Assembly: GCA_965228735.1 (NCBI GenBank)
Contig: OZ245838.1
Span: 1,760,001-1,824,000 of the forward strand
Origin: Planctomycetota bacterium
GTDB taxonomy: Bacteria > Planctomycetota > UBA1135 > UBA2386
DNA length: 64,000 nt
Direction of reading: 5' to 3'
Shown: one piece after another, positions 50,853-60,967 of the stretch
How positions within the stretch are numbered: position 1 is the stretch's first letter
Layout: every line of letters begins with the position of its first letter
Translations under genes and position numbers: made by a program
Notes under the pieces: model-generated
What the model was told of the DNA's origin: nothing
The model's database searches: none
The model's input: only the letters and a program-made list of their open reading frames with translations

Positions 50853-51464
50853 TCACGGTGCGGCCTCCCACGCGTAGCCGAAGTGATCGAAGATCGCGCG
50901 GTCCTTCGCCTGCACGATCGCGCGCAGCTCGTCGTCGTAGTACTGCGAGTAGTGCCCGTGTCGGCTCGTGTTCTGCGGCGGCAGCGCGGCGATCGCCTCG
51001 CGCATCGCGGCCGGCAACTCGCCGACCTGCTCGAGCAGCCGGAGCAGGTCCTCGCGCAGCGTCTCCATCTTGCCGACGCGCGCCCCTTCGAGTCCGGGAC
51101 CGAGCATGTCCCACAGGGTCTGCAGGAACGGGCCGTCGCCGTGTTCGAACTCCGGCGCCCACGTCAACGTGCGCCGCATCGTGTCGCCGAACCCGAGCGC
51201 GCCGTCCTTGCTGACCCGCAGGAAGAACTCATCGCGCGTCCTCTTCTGGAAGAAGAACCACGATACGTACCACGCGAACGGGTTCCGCACGAACGCGATC
51301 CGCGGCAGGTGCGCGTGGCTTGCCGGCACCTCGCGATACGTGAGGTGGGCGTCGAGCCGTTCGATCGCCCAGTCCGCCGGTGCGTGCTGCTCGAGGATCT
51401 CACGGACGAAGTTGCCGCCGGTCTTCGGGATGTGCACGAAGACGAAGTGCCGCGCCAGGATCAC
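50853..51464 (-). CDS. Sulfotransferase family protein
   Basis: FVFVHIPKTGG, FVRNPFAWYVS, YYDDEL...D..FGY. Confidence 0.85.
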   Translation of the reverse strand: MILARHFVFVHIPKTGGNFVREILEQHAPADWAIERLDAHLTYREVPASHAHLPRIAFVRNPFAWYVSWFFFQKRTRDEFFLRVSKDGALGFGDTMRRTLTWAPEFEHGDGPFLQTLWDMLGPGLEGARVGKMETLREDLLRLLEQVGELPAAMREAIAALPPQNTSRHGHYSQYYDDELRAIVQAKDRAIFDHFGYAWEAAP

Positions 51465-51474
51465 GACGGACTCG

Positions 51475-52614
51475 TCAGCTGCGCGGCCAGGTCGCCGCCA
51501 CCTTCTGGCACTCCTCGACGGTCGGCACGAGCGCGAGTCGCACGAAGCGCTCCTGTCCCTTGCCGAAGAACGACCCGGGGGCCGTGAGGATGCCGTCCTC
51601 GCGTAGTCGCGCCGCGTAGTCGAGGTCCGTCGTGCCCTCGGGCACCTCGACCCAGAGATAGAGCCCGGCAGCGCTGCCGTGGACCGTCAGGCCGCGCTCG
51701 CGCAGAGCGGCGAGCAGCACGGTGCGCTTCTCGGCGAACACCGCGCGCCGTTGCTCGACGTGCTCCGTGTCCGCCCACGCCTCGGCGGCTGCCGCCTGCA
51801 CGAACTCGGGCGGCGTCGTGCCCATGCTCGCGCGGAAGCGCCGGTACTGCGCGATGAGCTCGGGGTCGCCGGCGACGAAACCGGAGCGGTAGCCCGTCAT
51901 TCCGGATCGCTTGCTCAAGGAATGCAGGACCAGACAACCGGCCTTGCCGAACTCGAGCAACGACCGCGGCCGTTCGCCTTCGTAGTGCAGGTCGACGTAG
52001 CACTCGTCGTTCACGAGCACGAAGCCGTACTCGTCGCGCGCCGCGATCCACTTCTCGAACATGGCGTCCTCGAGCAGGAAGCCGGTCGGGTTGTGCGGGT
52101 AATTGAGGTAGACGACCGCCGCGCGGCTCAGCACCGACGCGGGCAGACGTTCGGGATCCATCGCGTAACCGTTCTCGATGCCGAGCGGCACGGCGTAGGT
52201 CCACGCCTCGGCGAACAGCGCGCCGATCTCGTAGACCGGGTAGGCCGGCTCGCCGTAGACGACGAGGTCCTTGTCGCTCGGGATCTGCACGAACGTCATC
52301 GGCAGGTGGAAGATCGCCTCCTTGCTGCCGAACGTCGGCAGCACCTCGGTGTCGGCGTCGACCGTGACGCCGAACCGCCGGTCGAGGTAGCCCGCGATCG
52401 CGGCGCGCAGCTCGGGCGTACCCTCGTTGCGCGGGTACTGGCTCACCTCGGGCACCGCGTCGATCATCGCCTGCCGCAATCGGGCCGGCGTCGGCTCCCG
52501 CGGATCCCCCGTGCCGAAGTCGTAGACCGTGATGCCGCGCTCGCCGAGCTGCTGCCGCCAGGCGGCCAGCTGGATCATCGGGTACGGCGGCTGACTCGTG
52601 AGCCGCTCGTTCAT
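51475..52614 (-). CDS. PLP-dependent class I/II aminotransferase (DapC-like)
   Basis: [36 protein letters not shown]. Confidence 0.92.
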   Translation of the reverse strand: MNERLTSQPPYPMIQLAAWRQQLGERGITVYDFGTGDPREPTPARLRQAMIDAVPEVSQYPRNEGTPELRAAIAGYLDRRFGVTVDADTEVLPTFGSKEAIFHLPMTFVQIPSDKDLVVYGEPAYPVYEIGALFAEAWTYAVPLGIENGYAMDPERLPASVLSRAAVVYLNYPHNPTGFLLEDAMFEKWIAARDEYGFVLVNDECYVDLHYEGERPRSLLEFGKAGCLVLHSLSKRSGMTGYRSGFVAGDPELIAQYRRFRASMGTTPPEFVQAAAAEAWADTEHVEQRRAVFAEKRTVLLAALRERGLTVHGSAAGLYLWVEVPEGTTDLDYAARLREDGILTAPGSFFGKGQERFVRLALVPTVEECQKVAATWPRS

Positions 52615-53558
52615 CCCGCCAGCTCCATCTCGCTGCGCACGGTCTCGAGCAGCGCCTTGGTCGCGAGAATGCCGGCGTCCTCACCGAGCTTGCCGCCCTC
52701 GTACTCGATGCCGATGTGGCCGCGCCAGCCGTGCTTCTTCACGACGATGTCGAGCATGCGGCGGTAGTCGGTGTGCACCTCGTTGCCGGCTTCATCGAAG
52801 TCGTGCGACTTGGCGCTCACGCCGCGCGCGAACGGCATGAGCTCGTCCGTGCCCTGGTAGCGGTCGTACATCTCGCCGCGGCTCACGCGGAAGTTGCCGA
52901 AGTCGGGCAACGAACCGACGCGCGGGTGATCGGCCGCCTTCAGCGTCTCGCTCAGCCACTTGCCGTTGGACGACAGCCCGCCGTGATTCTCGACGATCAC
53001 GTCGATGTCGTGCTGGTCGCCGTACTCGGCGAGCCGATGCAGACCGTCGGCCGCCAGCTTGCGCTGTTCTTCCCAGCTGCCGCGACTCTGCGCGTTGACG
53101 CGGATCGAGTGACAGCCGAGCGACTTCGCGGCCTCGATCCACTTGTGGTGGTTCTCGACCGCCTGCTGCCGCTTCGTCGCGTCCGGGGCACCGAGGGCGC
53201 CCTCACCATCGCACATGATCAGCAGGCTCGTGACCCCCTCGCCATCGCAGCGCGTCGCGAGCTCCTTCAGGTACTTCGCGTCCCGCGCCTTGGCCTTGAA
53301 GAACTGGTTCACGTACTCGATGGCGTCGATGCCGAGCGACTTCGACTTTGCCGGGAAATCGAGGTTGGTCAGCTCACCCTTGCGCAGGGTCTTGTGCAGC
53401 GACCACTCGGCCAGGCTGATCCGGAAGAGCGGCTTCGTCGCCGGCCCCATGGCGCAGCCCGGCAGCGCTGCACTCGCGAGCGCCGGCGCGGCGAACGCGG
53501 CGGCCGACATGCCCAAGAAACGACGGCGATCGAGCGCCACTGGATCGGAAGTGCCCAT
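52611..53558 (-). CDS. Tat-exported sugar phosphate isomerase/epimerase (TIM barrel)
   Basis: DRRRFLG Tat motif; [28 protein letters not shown]. Confidence 0.9.
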   Translation of the reverse strand: MGTSDPVALDRRRFLGMSAAAFAAPALASAALPGCAMGPATKPLFRISLAEWSLHKTLRKGELTNLDFPAKSKSLGIDAIEYVNQFFKAKARDAKYLKELATRCDGEGVTSLLIMCDGEGALGAPDATKRQQAVENHHKWIEAAKSLGCHSIRVNAQSRGSWEEQRKLAADGLHRLAEYGDQHDIDVIVENHGGLSSNGKWLSETLKAADHPRVGSLPDFGNFRVSRGEMYDRYQGTDELMPFARGVSAKSHDFDEAGNEVHTDYRRMLDIVVKKHGWRGHIGIEYEGGKLGEDAGILATKALLETVRSEMELAG

Positions 53559-53681
53559 GCAACGGGCATTGGAGGCCCGCACCGCTTCTCAGGCAACCCT
53601 CGCGATCGCCGGCGCCGCCCGCTATCCTGCTCGGCGAATTCTCAGGTCTCCACCCCCACTCCGAGTCCAACACTTTCCGAT

Positions 53682-54242
53682 ATGGCGATTCGCGTTACCG
53701 AAGCCAAGCGTGGCATGGTCATCCGCTACGACGGCGAGCTCTACCAGATCACGAAGTACGAGCACCTCACGCCGGGCAACCTGCGGGCCATCCACCACCT
53801 CAATCTCAAGAACCTGAAGAACGGTCGCCAGAAGGAGCTCCGCGCCAAGACGTCGGACCAGCTCGAGACGGTGTTCCTCGATTCGCGCGAGGCCCAGTAT
53901 CTGTTCAAGGACTCGCTCGGCTTCACGTTCATGGACAACGAGACCTACGACCAGTTCGTGCTCAACGAGGAGGTCTGCGGCGACGCGATGCTCTACATCT
54001 CGGAGAACGACACGGTCACGGTGGTGTTCGTCGAGGGCGAGGCGCTGACCGTGCAGCTGCCGGCGTCCGTCGAGCTCGAGGTCACCGAGACCGAGCCCGC
54101 GGCCAAGGGCGACACCGTGAGCAACGTGCAGAAGCCCGCGACGCTCACGACCGGCCTCGAGATCAAGGTGCCGTCGCACATCAAGATCGGCGACAAGCTC
54201 AAGATCAACACCGAGACCGGCGAGTTCATCAGCCGGGCGTGA
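53682..54242 (+). CDS. efp: Elongation factor P
   Basis: 186 aa; QYLFKD...FMDNETYDQ, KGDT, KPATLTTG, KINTETGEFISRA; loop TPGNLRA. Confidence 0.95.
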   Translation: MAIRVTEAKRGMVIRYDGELYQITKYEHLTPGNLRAIHHLNLKNLKNGRQKELRAKTSDQLETVFLDSREAQYLFKDSLGFTFMDNETYDQFVLNEEVCGDAMLYISENDTVTVVFVEGEALTVQLPASVELEVTETEPAAKGDTVSNVQKPATLTTGLEIKVPSHIKIGDKLKINTETGEFISRA

Positions 54243-55458
54243 GCCGGCGCAGGACCTCGGCGCGGCCCTGACCGGTTTCCCGGCACAGCCGCCGCACCTC
54301 GTCGTCCTCGGGGCGGGCGACGACCGCGCCGCTCGGCAGGCGCGCGCACTTGAACCGCACGCGGCCGAGCGCCGTGTCGCGTTCTTCGTTCCAGCGCTCG
54401 AGCACCGTGCGCTCCAGGCGCTGCGAACGCACGCCGAGCGTCGTCGACTCCTCGAGCAGCAGATCGCGCACGGCAGCGGCCCGCGCCTCGTCGCAGAGCG
54501 CGGTGACGAGCAGCCCGGGCCGCCCCTTCTTCATCTGGATCGGCGCGCAGAACGCGTCGAGGGCGCCGCGGGTCAGGAGTTCGTCGAGCAGCCAGCCGAC
54601 CTGCTCGCCGGTCGCGGTATCGAGGTGACAGGACAGCTCGACGACCGCCGTCGCGGACGTCGGTTCGCGGCTCGTGCCGACGGCCAGCCGCAGCAGGTTG
54701 GGAACGGCCGGATCATCGCGGGTGCCGGCGCCGTAGCCGATCGACTCGCAGGTGAACGCGACGGGTTCGTCGAACGCCGAGACCAGCGTCTTGAGCAATG
54801 CCGCGCCCGTCGGCGTCGTGCGTTCACCGCGCAGTCCGCCAGTGCGGACCGGGATGCCGCGCAGCAGCGCCGCGGTCGCGGGGGCCGGCACCGGCAGTTC
54901 GCCGTGCGCCGCCTTGACGGTGCCGGACCCGACCGCGATCCCGTTGGCGATCAGCCGTTCGATGCCGAGCAGGTGCGTCGCGAGGCACGCGCAGACGACG
55001 TCGACGATCGTGTCGACGGCCCCGACCTCGTGGAAGTGGACGTGCTCGATCGTCGTGCCGTGCGCCGCGGCCTCGACCTCGGCGATCGCGCGGTAGACCG
55101 CGAGGCAGTCGGCCCGCACGGGGTCCGGCAGGTCGGCGCGACCGAGGATCGCCTCGATCTCCCGCAGCCCACGGTGGGCGTGGCCGCCGGCCCCTGGCAG
55201 CAGAACCGCCGGCCCGGTTCGCAGAGGTTCGAACGTGAACCCGCCGGCGTCCGCGGGCACCTCGTCCTCGTAGACCTGGAAGTGGGTCCCGGCCAGGCTC
55301 GCCCGTAGCACGGGTGTGGCCTCGATCCGGACCCCGGGCAGACCGAGCGAGCGGACCGCGGTCCGCAGGACCTCGAGATCCGCCCCCGCGGCGATCGCGG
55401 CGCCGACCCACATGTCTCCGGCCACGCCGGACCAGCCATCCAGAACACCGATGCGCAT
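54229..55458 (-). CDS. larC: Nickel pincer cofactor biosynthesis protein LarC
   Basis: SGVAGDM, VHFHEVGAVD, HGELPVPAPAT, TTPTGAA, MKKGRPG, TTLGVR. Confidence 0.93.
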   Translation of the reverse strand: MRIGVLDGWSGVAGDMWVGAAIAAGADLEVLRTAVRSLGLPGVRIEATPVLRASLAGTHFQVYEDEVPADAGGFTFEPLRTGPAVLLPGAGGHAHRGLREIEAILGRADLPDPVRADCLAVYRAIAEVEAAAHGTTIEHVHFHEVGAVDTIVDVVCACLATHLLGIERLIANGIAVGSGTVKAAHGELPVPAPATAALLRGIPVRTGGLRGERTTPTGAALLKTLVSAFDEPVAFTCESIGYGAGTRDDPAVPNLLRLAVGTSREPTSATAVVELSCHLDTATGEQVGWLLDELLTRGALDAFCAPIQMKKGRPGLLVTALCDEARAAAVRDLLLEESTTLGVRSQRLERTVLERWNEERDTALGRVRFKCARLPSGAVVARPEDDEVRRLCRETGQGRAEVLRRLTPG

Positions 55459-55492
55459 CGTTCGCAGAACAGGAAACGGCGGGAATCGCCAG

Positions 55493-55509
55493 TTGGAACG
55501 GGCTTTGCA
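55493..55509 (+). promoter_or_regulatory. Putative sigma54 promoter
   Basis: TTGGAACGGGCTTTGCA: GG-N10-GC, one mismatch to the consensus. Confidence 0.6.
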
Positions 55510-55550
55510 ACATTGCACCCGGCGGTGCGTTGCTCCCGCGGCCGCCGATC

Positions 55551-57161
55551 ATGCCACAATTGCCGACGCCGGCCAAAACTGCCAGTAACGTGGACCTTCG
55601 AGCCAACACCGTGACGAACCGCACACCGGAAACGCCGCGCCCCGCCACCCCGGCCCGAGCCGGAGTGCGCGAGGTCGCACACCGCGGACAGCGATTCAGC
55701 GCGTTCGTGAGCGCGTGCGGGGCCCGCCTGGCAGCGCTCGCGGGCACGGTCGTGCTCGGAACGGCGGCACTCGGCACCGCGGCGTTCGGCAGCACTGCGC
55801 TCCCGGCCCAGGACGACGCGATCCGCCGACTCGTCGCCGCGGATGCCGCGCGCTGGACGAAGCACGGCGACCCGGTCGTGCGCGGGGAGGCCGCGCTCGT
55901 CGTCGCGAGCACGAGCGACCAACGCCACCACGCCGCGGTCGTTGCCGTCGCCAACGACCGTGACCAGGCCGCCCGCCTGCGCGGCATCCTGGCGCTCGGC
56001 ATCCAGGGCACGCCCGGCGTCGTCGAGGTGCTGACCGAGCAGCTCGAACGTTACGGCGACCGCACCCAACCCGAGGGCATCTGCGCGGCCTATGCGCTCG
56101 GTGCCCTGTCGCCCTCACACGCCCCGACGTTCACCTCGCGGATCCTCGCGAGCTTCGCCGAGGGCAACTGGAAGCGCCAACGCGACGCGATGGTCGCGCT
56201 CCTCGCCGGGCTCGCGCGTCACTCCGATCACGGCCAGACCGCGGCACTCGAACAGCTCTACGGCTACCGCGCGAACAAGGATCCGGCGGTGCGCGCGCGG
56301 CTGCTCGAGCTGCTGCTGCCACAAATCGGCACCGACCTCGACTCCGCGCTCGACCTGCTCGACAAGGCCGGCAGCCGCGAGCGCCTCGTGCTGCTCGACT
56401 GGCTCGCGGACAACGCGACGGACTTCGACAAGCAGCTCATCGGGCCGCTCGAGAAGATGTGCAAGGGCGCCCGCAGCGCCGAGCTCCGGGCCCGCGCGCT
56501 CGGCGTGCTCACGCGCCTCCGGCACCCGCCGGCCATCGAGTTCGCGGTCCAGGCGCTGCGCTCCTCGCACACGATCGAGGTCGAACAGGGCATGCGATCG
56601 GCGCAGTCCATCGGCGGCGCCGGCATGCGACTGACGCTCGATCGCCACATCCGCAGCACGGACGCGCCGCTGCAGAAGGCCGCGATGTTGCGATCGTGGG
56701 CGTCGCCGCCGACCGACGAGCTCGTCGATCACTGCGCCGACCTCACGGCCAACCGACGGACGCCGATGACGCTGCGGCTCGCCGCGGCCCGCACCCTCGC
56801 CCAGGCCGACCCGGACCGCGCGGCGCCACTGCTGCGCGACCTCGTCCGCGGCGGCATCGACTACGACGGGCTCTGCGACGCCGCGATGATCCTGCTGCAG
56901 GGCACGGAATCGCCGCCGATCGACCGGCTGCTGCCCGACCCGCCGCAGCTCGATCTGCACCCGGCCCACTGGACCGCGCTCGTCGCCGCGTCGCATCCGG
57001 GTGCCGTGCGGACGCTGCTCGAGACGCTCGGCGACACCGCGGCGACACCGAACCGGTTGCGGTCCGCGCTCGCCGCGTGGCGTCAGCCGATGGTCACGGG
57101 CAAGGTGAGCGGCGCGGCGGATCTGCCCGTCGTTCTACGCGAACTGCTGCAGCCCCGGTAG
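55551..57161 (+). CDS. Exported HEAT-repeat protein
   Basis: Helical repeats (DPVVRGEAAL, AAYALG, DPAVRARL); true start may be GTG 55611 or 55707. Confidence 0.65.
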   Translation: MPQLPTPAKTASNVDLRANTVTNRTPETPRPATPARAGVREVAHRGQRFSAFVSACGARLAALAGTVVLGTAALGTAAFGSTALPAQDDAIRRLVAADAARWTKHGDPVVRGEAALVVASTSDQRHHAAVVAVANDRDQAARLRGILALGIQGTPGVVEVLTEQLERYGDRTQPEGICAAYALGALSPSHAPTFTSRILASFAEGNWKRQRDAMVALLAGLARHSDHGQTAALEQLYGYRANKDPAVRARLLELLLPQIGTDLDSALDLLDKAGSRERLVLLDWLADNATDFDKQLIGPLEKMCKGARSAELRARALGVLTRLRHPPAIEFAVQALRSSHTIEVEQGMRSAQSIGGAGMRLTLDRHIRSTDAPLQKAAMLRSWASPPTDELVDHCADLTANRRTPMTLRLAAARTLAQADPDRAAPLLRDLVRGGIDYDGLCDAAMILLQGTESPPIDRLLPDPPQLDLHPAHWTALVAASHPGAVRTLLETLGDTAATPNRLRSALAAWRQPMVTGKVSGAADLPVVLRELLQPR

Positions 57162-57220
57162 CCGGCTGCTCCAGCCTCGACGCCAACGAAGGCGGCGAAC
57201 GGGCCGCAACCGCGTGCGCG

Positions 57221-57964
57221 TCAGCTCGAACCGCGGGGGGCCTTGTTGGTCGCCGACCGGGAGGAGGCCTTCTTCGCTGCCTTCCCTGTCCTCGTTCCGG
57301 GTGCGGCCTTCTTCGCGCCCTTCTTGGCGGCCTTCTTGGCGGTCGTCTTGGAGGCGGCCTTCATGGGGGCAGAACCCTTGCGGGCAGGCCGCTTCGTTCC
57401 CGCATCGCGCGCGGCGGCGGCCGCCCGCTTCGACGGCGCCGACGCGACGATGCTCGCCCCGTCGGCCGGCGTCGAATCGACCGCGACCGGCCCCCGCTCG
57501 ACCGTCGGGGTCGCATCGTCCGCCGCGCGCGGCGCACCGATCGTCGCGATCGTCCGCACGACCGCGGCCGGATCGACCGCCGCCGGGCGACCGTGCGCGG
57601 CGCGCACGATGTCGTTCGTCGAGACGATCCCGACGAGATGGCCGAGCGCGTCCACGACGGGCAGCCGGTGCACCTGGCTGTCCTGCATCCGGCGCATGAC
57701 CTCGGCGACGTCCTCGTCCGCACGGCACGTCACGAGCTCACGCGCCATCACGGCCTGCACCGGGATCTCGTTCAGCGCACGGCCCTGGAAGTAGGACGCC
57801 ATGCAGAGGTCGCGGTCGGTCACCACGCCGACGAGCCGGTCCTGGGCGTCGACCACGGGCACGAGGCCGCAGTCACGCTCCCAGAGTGCACGGGCGGCGG
57901 CGTCGAGCCGCTCGATGGCCCGGATCGCGCGCGGCGTCGAGCTCATGACTTCGATCGTTTTCAT
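57221..57964 (-). CDS. CBS-pair protein with Lys/Ala-rich C-terminal tail
   Basis: DCGLVPVVD...VGVVTDRDL, VHRLPVVD...VGIVS; tail KTTAKKAAKKGAKKAA. Confidence 0.88.
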   Translation of the reverse strand: MKTIEVMSSTPRAIRAIERLDAAARALWERDCGLVPVVDAQDRLVGVVTDRDLCMASYFQGRALNEIPVQAVMARELVTCRADEDVAEVMRRMQDSQVHRLPVVDALGHLVGIVSTNDIVRAAHGRPAAVDPAAVVRTIATIGAPRAADDATPTVERGPVAVDSTPADGASIVASAPSKRAAAAARDAGTKRPARKGSAPMKAASKTTAKKAAKKGAKKAAPGTRTGKAAKKASSRSATNKAPRGSS

Positions 57965-58040
57965 GGCGAGGGATCCTCGCGGCCCCGCCCCGCCCGAGCG
58001 AGCCAAAAACCGGACAAGGCGCGCCGCGGCGACGGCCGCG

Positions 58041-59027
58041 TCAGGCGAGGCGCCGGATCGCCTCCTCGACGTCGCCCTTGCTGCCGAGGAACAGCGGCGT
58101 GCGCTGGTGCAGCTCCGTCGGCACGATGTCGAGGATCGGCTGCGTGCCGTCGCTGCCGAGGCCGCCGGCCTTCTCGCAGAGGAACGCGAGCGGCCCGTTC
58201 TCGTAGAGCAGCCGCAGTTTGCCGTTCGGCCGCTTCACCTCGCCGGGATACATGTAGATCCCGCCCTTGAGCAGCGTGCGGTGGAAGTCGCCGACGAGCG
58301 CGCCGGAGTAGCGCGCCGACCGCTGGCCGGATTCGTTCTGCTGCTCGCGGAACGCCCGGACCAGCCCCTTCGTCTTGTCGTCCCACTTGGTCTCGTTCGC
58401 CTCGTTGACCGAGTAGGCGCCCTCGCCCTCCGGAATGCGGATGTCGGGGTGCGTGAGGAAGAACGTGCCGATCGAGCGGTCGAGCGTGAAGCCGTGCACC
58501 GGTCCGCCCGCGCTGTAGACGAGCATCGTGCTCGGCCCGTAGAGCACGTAGCCGGCCGCCACGAGGTTCTTCCCGGGCTGCAGGAAGTCCGCCATCGTCG
58601 GCTTGCCGCTCGTCGTCACGCGGCGATAGATGCCGAAGATCGTGCCCATCTGACCCGCGACGTCGACGTTGCCCGAACCGTCGAGCGGATCGGTCGCGAT
58701 GATGTACTTGCCCTGCTCGCAATCGGTCGGCAGATAGACGTCCTCGATCTCCTCGCTCGCGATGCCGGCGACCATCGGGATCGCGTCGAACACCTGGATC
58801 ACCGTGTCGTTGCTGATCACGTCGAGCGCGCGCACGTCCTCGTCCTGCACGTTCGTCGTGCCCGTGTAGCCGAGCTTGCCGACGAAGCCCGCGCGCATGA
58901 TCTCGCTCGCGAGCATGCGACCGATGAGGCTGAAACGGTTGAGAACGGTCGACAGCCCGCCGGTGGCCTGCGCGTCGGCCTGGTCGCGGAAGAACTGTTC
59001 GCTGAGGGTGAGGCGGCTGGTCGTCAT
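58041..59027 (-). CDS. fbp: Fructose-1,6-bisphosphatase class 1
   Basis: ASEE, DPLDGSGN, RYSGALVGDFHRTL, GKLRLLYE. Confidence 0.96.
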   Translation of the reverse strand: MTTSRLTLSEQFFRDQADAQATGGLSTVLNRFSLIGRMLASEIMRAGFVGKLGYTGTTNVQDEDVRALDVISNDTVIQVFDAIPMVAGIASEEIEDVYLPTDCEQGKYIIATDPLDGSGNVDVAGQMGTIFGIYRRVTTSGKPTMADFLQPGKNLVAAGYVLYGPSTMLVYSAGGPVHGFTLDRSIGTFFLTHPDIRIPEGEGAYSVNEANETKWDDKTKGLVRAFREQQNESGQRSARYSGALVGDFHRTLLKGGIYMYPGEVKRPNGKLRLLYENGPLAFLCEKAGGLGSDGTQPILDIVPTELHQRTPLFLGSKGDVEEAIRRLA

Positions 59028-59071
59028 GGGATTCGAGCGAGGAACCTGATTGGAACGCGGGCCGCAGTCGC

Positions 59072-60967
59072 TCACAACCGTGAGAGGCGAAGAAGCGGGT
59101 CGGAGTGGCCGCGAACGAAGAGTCGGCCGGTGCCGAGCTGCGCGCAAGGGATCCAGATCACCGCTGTCGTCGCGCGTTCCACCGTTGCCAGCTCGAGACG
59201 GGTGCCGTCCGCCACTTCGACCTCGAGGACCTCGCCGGCCTGCGCCGGCCACAGCGCGACGCGGCCAGCGCCGCACGGACCGAGGTCGCGGGCCACGGCG
59301 CTCGATGCCGGCGCGGCGCCGCGACCGACGCGCCAGAAGAGCACCATCGGCTCGTGACCGGGGACGACGAAACGCGCGACCTCGCGCAGGTCCGTGCTCG
59401 GGTCGAAGGCGCCGCCGAACCAGCGACCGCACGCGTGCGCGATCGCGGGGTCGCGCGCGAACTGCCGTTCATTGTCGAGCAGGAAGCGGACGCCCCAGTC
59501 GTCGAGCGCAGCGTCGAGCGCGCGCTCCTGCATCGCGGCGAGCGCCTCGGGATTCACGACCCCGTCGAGGTTGACGATGCCGTGGCGCTCGGCGTCGGTG
59601 CGCAGCACGTCGGCATGGAACGTCACGAGCCCGGAGTTGAAGCAACCGACGCGTTCACCGGCTGGCACGAACTCACCGACGAATCGCCCCGCGATCGTCA
59701 TCGCGCGCTGCCCCACGAGGGGCTCCGCTGTGATCTGCAGGATCGGGATCAGCTGCAGCGCAGCGACCAGCAGCACGAGTCCGGGACGAGCGCCACTGCG
59801 AACGATCGCGACGACGACGAGCAACGCCAGCGGCGCGGCGTAGTAATCGCGCGGATACCAGCGCACGGCCCAGTGCAGCGTGAGGATCGCGGCGGCGGCG
59901 GCCAGCAGACCGAGCCCTTCGAGCCTACCGGCGGCCGTCGTCGCACCCGCTCCTGCCCGCCGCCAGGACAGCAACCCGAGGAGCACGACACAGCTCGGTA
60001 CGACGAGGTCACCCGTGCCGGCGGCGGCGGTGCCGAGCACGGCGACCGCGAACCCGACGAACACCGCAGCGCGCCAGCGGGCTGCCCCCGGTCGCAGGAC
60101 CTGGACGATGAGCAACGCCGTTCCCGCGCCCGTCGCGAGCAGCCATGGCGCGCCGAGGAAGATCGGCCGTGAGAACCACCACTGGCGCGCGAGCCACTCG
60201 CTCGCGGTGGGATCCGTCGCTGCGAAGTTGGCGCTCCACAACCACGCCATCGGCGCGCCCGAGTCGGGCAGCAGACCGCCGCCGATCGCCGCGTTCACGG
60301 CGAAGAGCGGCGCGAGGGCGATGACGGGCAGCAGCAGAGCGCGATAGTCCCGCGGGCCGGCGCGAAAGCGCAGCGCCGCGATCGCCGCGACGAACGCGAC
60401 CAGATCGGTGCGCGCGAATACCGCGAGGATCGACAGGCCGATCACGCGTGGGAACGAGGCGTGCCGTTGCTGCCACAGCAGAACGAGGACGAGCACCGCG
60501 ACCGCCGTCTCCTGGCCGTTCTGGCACTCGCGCACGAGCAACGGGTTGCCGAGCCAGAGGAACGCGGCCGCGACGCCGGGCCACGCGAACGACCGGCCAC
60601 CGCCGGTCCCCCGCCAGGCGACGAGCAGCGCCGCCGCCAGATGGCAGGTCAGGCCGAGCCACGGCGCGATGACGGGCAAGGCGGCCGCCCCGAACAGGAA
60701 CGCGAACGGCACGAGCAGCGTGCTCCACAGCAGCTGCACGCCGCTCGTCGACACCCCGTCGCTGACGCCCGGTCCGTTGCCGGCCGCGACGTTGGCGGCC
60801 CACGCGAACTCGTAGAACGCGTCGTCACGCAGCCGGTCGATCTCGGTCGGCGACCACGACAGCCCGTGCAGCAGCCCGAACAGCCCGACCGCCACGGCGA
60901 CCACGAGCGCGGCGCGGGCCCACGCATCGGGCGCTGCCCGTTCGGCGTTCTCCGGAGCTCCGCTCAC
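59072..60967 (-). CDS. Polytopic membrane protein, GT-C glycosyltransferase-like
   Basis: DDAFY in the first periplasmic loop, NGQET, ART-D, many TM segments, NLDGVVN. Confidence 0.65.
   Translation of the reverse strand: MSGAPENAERAAPDAWARAALVVAVAVGLFGLLHGLSWSPTEIDRLRDDAFYEFAWAANVAAGNGPGVSDGVSTSGVQLLWSTLLVPFAFLFGAAALPVIAPWLGLTCHLAAALLVAWRGTGGGRSFAWPGVAAAFLWLGNPLLVRECQNGQETAVAVLVLVLLWQQRHASFPRVIGLSILAVFARTDLVAFVAAIAALRFRAGPRDYRALLLPVIALAPLFAVNAAIGGGLLPDSGAPMAWLWSANFAATDPTASEWLARQWWFSRPIFLGAPWLLATGAGTALLIVQVLRPGAARWRAAVFVGFAVAVLGTAAAGTGDLVVPSCVVLLGLLSWRRAGAGATTAAGRLEGLGLLAAAAAILTLHWAVRWYPRDYYAAPLALLVVVAIVRSGARPGLVLLVAALQLIPILQITAEPLVGQRAMTIAGRFVGEFVPAGERVGCFNSGLVTFHADVLRTDAERHGIVNLDGVVNPEALAAMQERALDAALDDWGVRFLLDNERQFARDPAIAHACGRWFGGAFDPSTDLREVARFVVPGHEPMVLFWRVGRGAAPASSAVARDLGPCGAGRVALWPAQAGEVLEVEVADGTRLELATVERATTAVIWIPCAQLGTGRLFVRGHSDPLLRLSRL

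Noticed and set aside
49978..51464. Rhodanese and sulfotransferase as part of the S/Se relay system
   Set aside because: About 47 kb away, in a different context, with no shared motif; nothing in the sequence links them.
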